This document shows positions 62,576-64,000 of a DNA stretch of 64,000 nucleotides, piece by piece. This stretch comes from an uncultured Methanomicrobiaceae archaeon (GTDB lineage Archaea > Halobacteriota > Methanomicrobia > Methanomicrobiales > Methanoculleaceae), in assembly GCA_963826525.1 (NCBI GenBank), contig CAWGXH010000004.1:1184001-1248000 (forward strand). Reading direction: 5' to 3'. The notes below the pieces were generated by a model, which saw nothing but the letters and a program-made list of their open reading frames with translations, searched no databases and had not been told where the DNA came from. The number at the start of each line of letters is the position of its first letter. Positions within the stretch are counted from its first letter, which is position 1. The translations under genes and the position numbers were made by a program.

Positions 62576-63837
62576 ATGAAACCCCTGGAGCGCGAGATCG
62601 AAGATGCACGGCGGCGACTGCAGGTTATCGGGCAGGGTGCCGGCAGTGATCCTGATCAACGGCGGCTGCAGGCGGATGCTGCTCAGGAACTTGCAGTTGC
62701 CCTCGAGACGATGCGGACCGGCATCGGTACCATGCAGAATCGCTACGAGGAGATGGCGACGGCACTGACCGGAACCGAGGCACGGTGCAGGCACTATCGC
62801 GTTCTCTTCGAGACCGCGCCCGACGCCTCTGTCGTAACCGACCCGGGGTGCATCATCCGTGAGGCAAACCGGAGAGCAGCAGCACTCTTCGGAGCCGATA
62901 GCGACGCCCTGATCGGCACCCCCCTGCTCCGGTTCATCGTGGATGAGGAGGCCGGGGCATTTGCGGCGTGGCTTTGCCATCCGGAAGAGAAGATGGCCGA
63001 ATCCGGATGGGAGACCCTCCTTCTCGCACCCAACCGCGAACCGATCCGGGTCTCCGTCTCGGTCTCGCATCTGTACGACGATCAGGGTGCCCATGCCGGA
63101 TACACTCTGGTGTTTCACGATATCACCCTGCAGAAGGAGCGGGACATCACCGACCAGAAGCATTCGGAGAGGGTGCTCGAGCTCTCGAACCGGAAGCTGC
63201 ACCTCCTTGCCAGTGTGACGCGGCATGATATCCTCAACCAGTCTGAATGTCCTCCTCGGGTATCTCGAACTTGCACAGGGACAGACCGCTGACCCTATCC
63301 TGCAGGAGGTACGTGCGACGGGCGAAGGATGCGGCCTTCGGGATACGCAGTGACATCGCCTTCACCAGGATGTACCAGGATGTCGGCGTCCGCTCACCGC
63401 AATGGCAGACGATGCGCAGGGTGATCCGGCAGGCGCTTGCTTCCCAGACCCTTGGATCGATCGCGGTCGATATCGATATTCCGCCGCTTGAGATCTACGC
63501 TGATCCGATGATCGAGAAGGCTTTTGCAAACCTTCTCGACAACTCACTCCGGCACGGGGAATCGGTCACGCGGATACGTTTCTCCTGCTCGGAGTCGAAG
63601 ACAGGGCTTGCCGTCGTCTATGAAGATGACGGTATCGGGATTGCATACCAGAATAAGGAGCGGATCTTCGATCGCGGATACGGGAAGCAGACGGGTCTCG
63701 GCCTCTTTCTGGTCCGCGAGATCCTCGCAATCACCGATCTCTCCATCCGGGAGACCGGGGTTCCGGGCGAAGGTGCGAGGTTTGAGATCCGGGCTCCTCA
63801 CGGAGTGTACCGGCCTGCCGGAGCATGCGGCGGCTGA
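62576..63837 (+). CDS. Cytoplasmic PAS sensor histidine kinase; indels near 63243 and 63309
   Basis: N-terminal coiled coil, PAS, TRHDILNQ, NLLDNSLRHG, DDGIG, GLGLFL. Confidence 0.87.
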
Positions 63838-63849
63838 CCGTCCCGGATT

Positions 63850-64000
63850 TCAGTCCCGCCCGAGCTCGGTAAGTTTCAACTCTGCGGTGGTGAGAAGGTC
63901 TTCGCACTGCTTCACGAGCAGTGAGCCGCGTTCATAGAGGGCGATACTCTCATCGAGACCGGTATCCCCGTCCTCGATCTTCCGTACTATCTCCCGCAGT
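63850..64000 (-). CDS. xseB: Exodeoxyribonuclease VII small subunit, 5'-partial
   Basis: Manual translation, not in the ORF track: LREIVRKIEDGDTGLDESIALYERGSLLVKQCEDLLTTAELKLTELGRD*. Confidence 0.9.
   Translation of the reverse strand, partial: LREIVRKIEDGDTGLDESIALYERGSLLVKQCEDLLTTAELKLTELGRD

Noticed and set aside
1-64000. CRISPR array, rRNA, transposase/integrase, att-site duplication of either tRNA
   Set aside because: No regularly spaced direct repeats, rRNA signatures, DDE or tyrosine-recombinase motifs, or duplicated tRNA 3' ends were seen by eye.

Overview
GC-rich chromosomal window from a Methanomicrobiales-type methanogenic archaeon (Methanoculleus-like). This assignment is inferred from archaeal-type ProRS/MetRS/LeuRS, PINA ATPase, PAC2 proteasome chaperone, DUF473/DUF371, SUI1 and many PAS kinases of the 'TRHDILNQ' type. 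The left half (about 2-34.6 kb) is accessory/stress-like: DUF362, mntP, an aguB-aguA fusion, nitroreductases, a COG1361+HAE3 RND pair, glucose 1-dehydrogenase/MFS/6-phosphogluconate dehydrogenase, 2-oxoacid:ferredoxin oxidoreductase with a ferritin remnant, TreT, PAS kinases, an internally repeated tail-anchored protein and an orphan DNA methyltransferase beside tRNA-Phe. The right half is mostly core: DHH, metG, tRNA-Arg, leuS, PINA-hisI-prepilin peptidase, a type IV pilus-like ATPase/TadC/TadC locus, sui1, a compact class II nrdJ divergent from cobQ, NDP-sugar synthase, CBS-ParB, Hsp20, thioredoxin and partial xseB. About 20 genes, including proS, metG and hisI, are broken by single-base indels, so these are read as sequencing/assembly errors and the genes are reported as reconstructed. 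No CRISPR array, rRNA, integrase or transposase was seen. The best candidates for undescribed biology are a degenerate MetE-like gene head-to-head with metG, the two-repeat tail-anchored coiled-coil protein, the sugar-oxidation module in a methanogen, the pilin-less T4P locus and the CBS-ParB/Srx enzyme. All family calls come from motif recognition by eye, not database searches.
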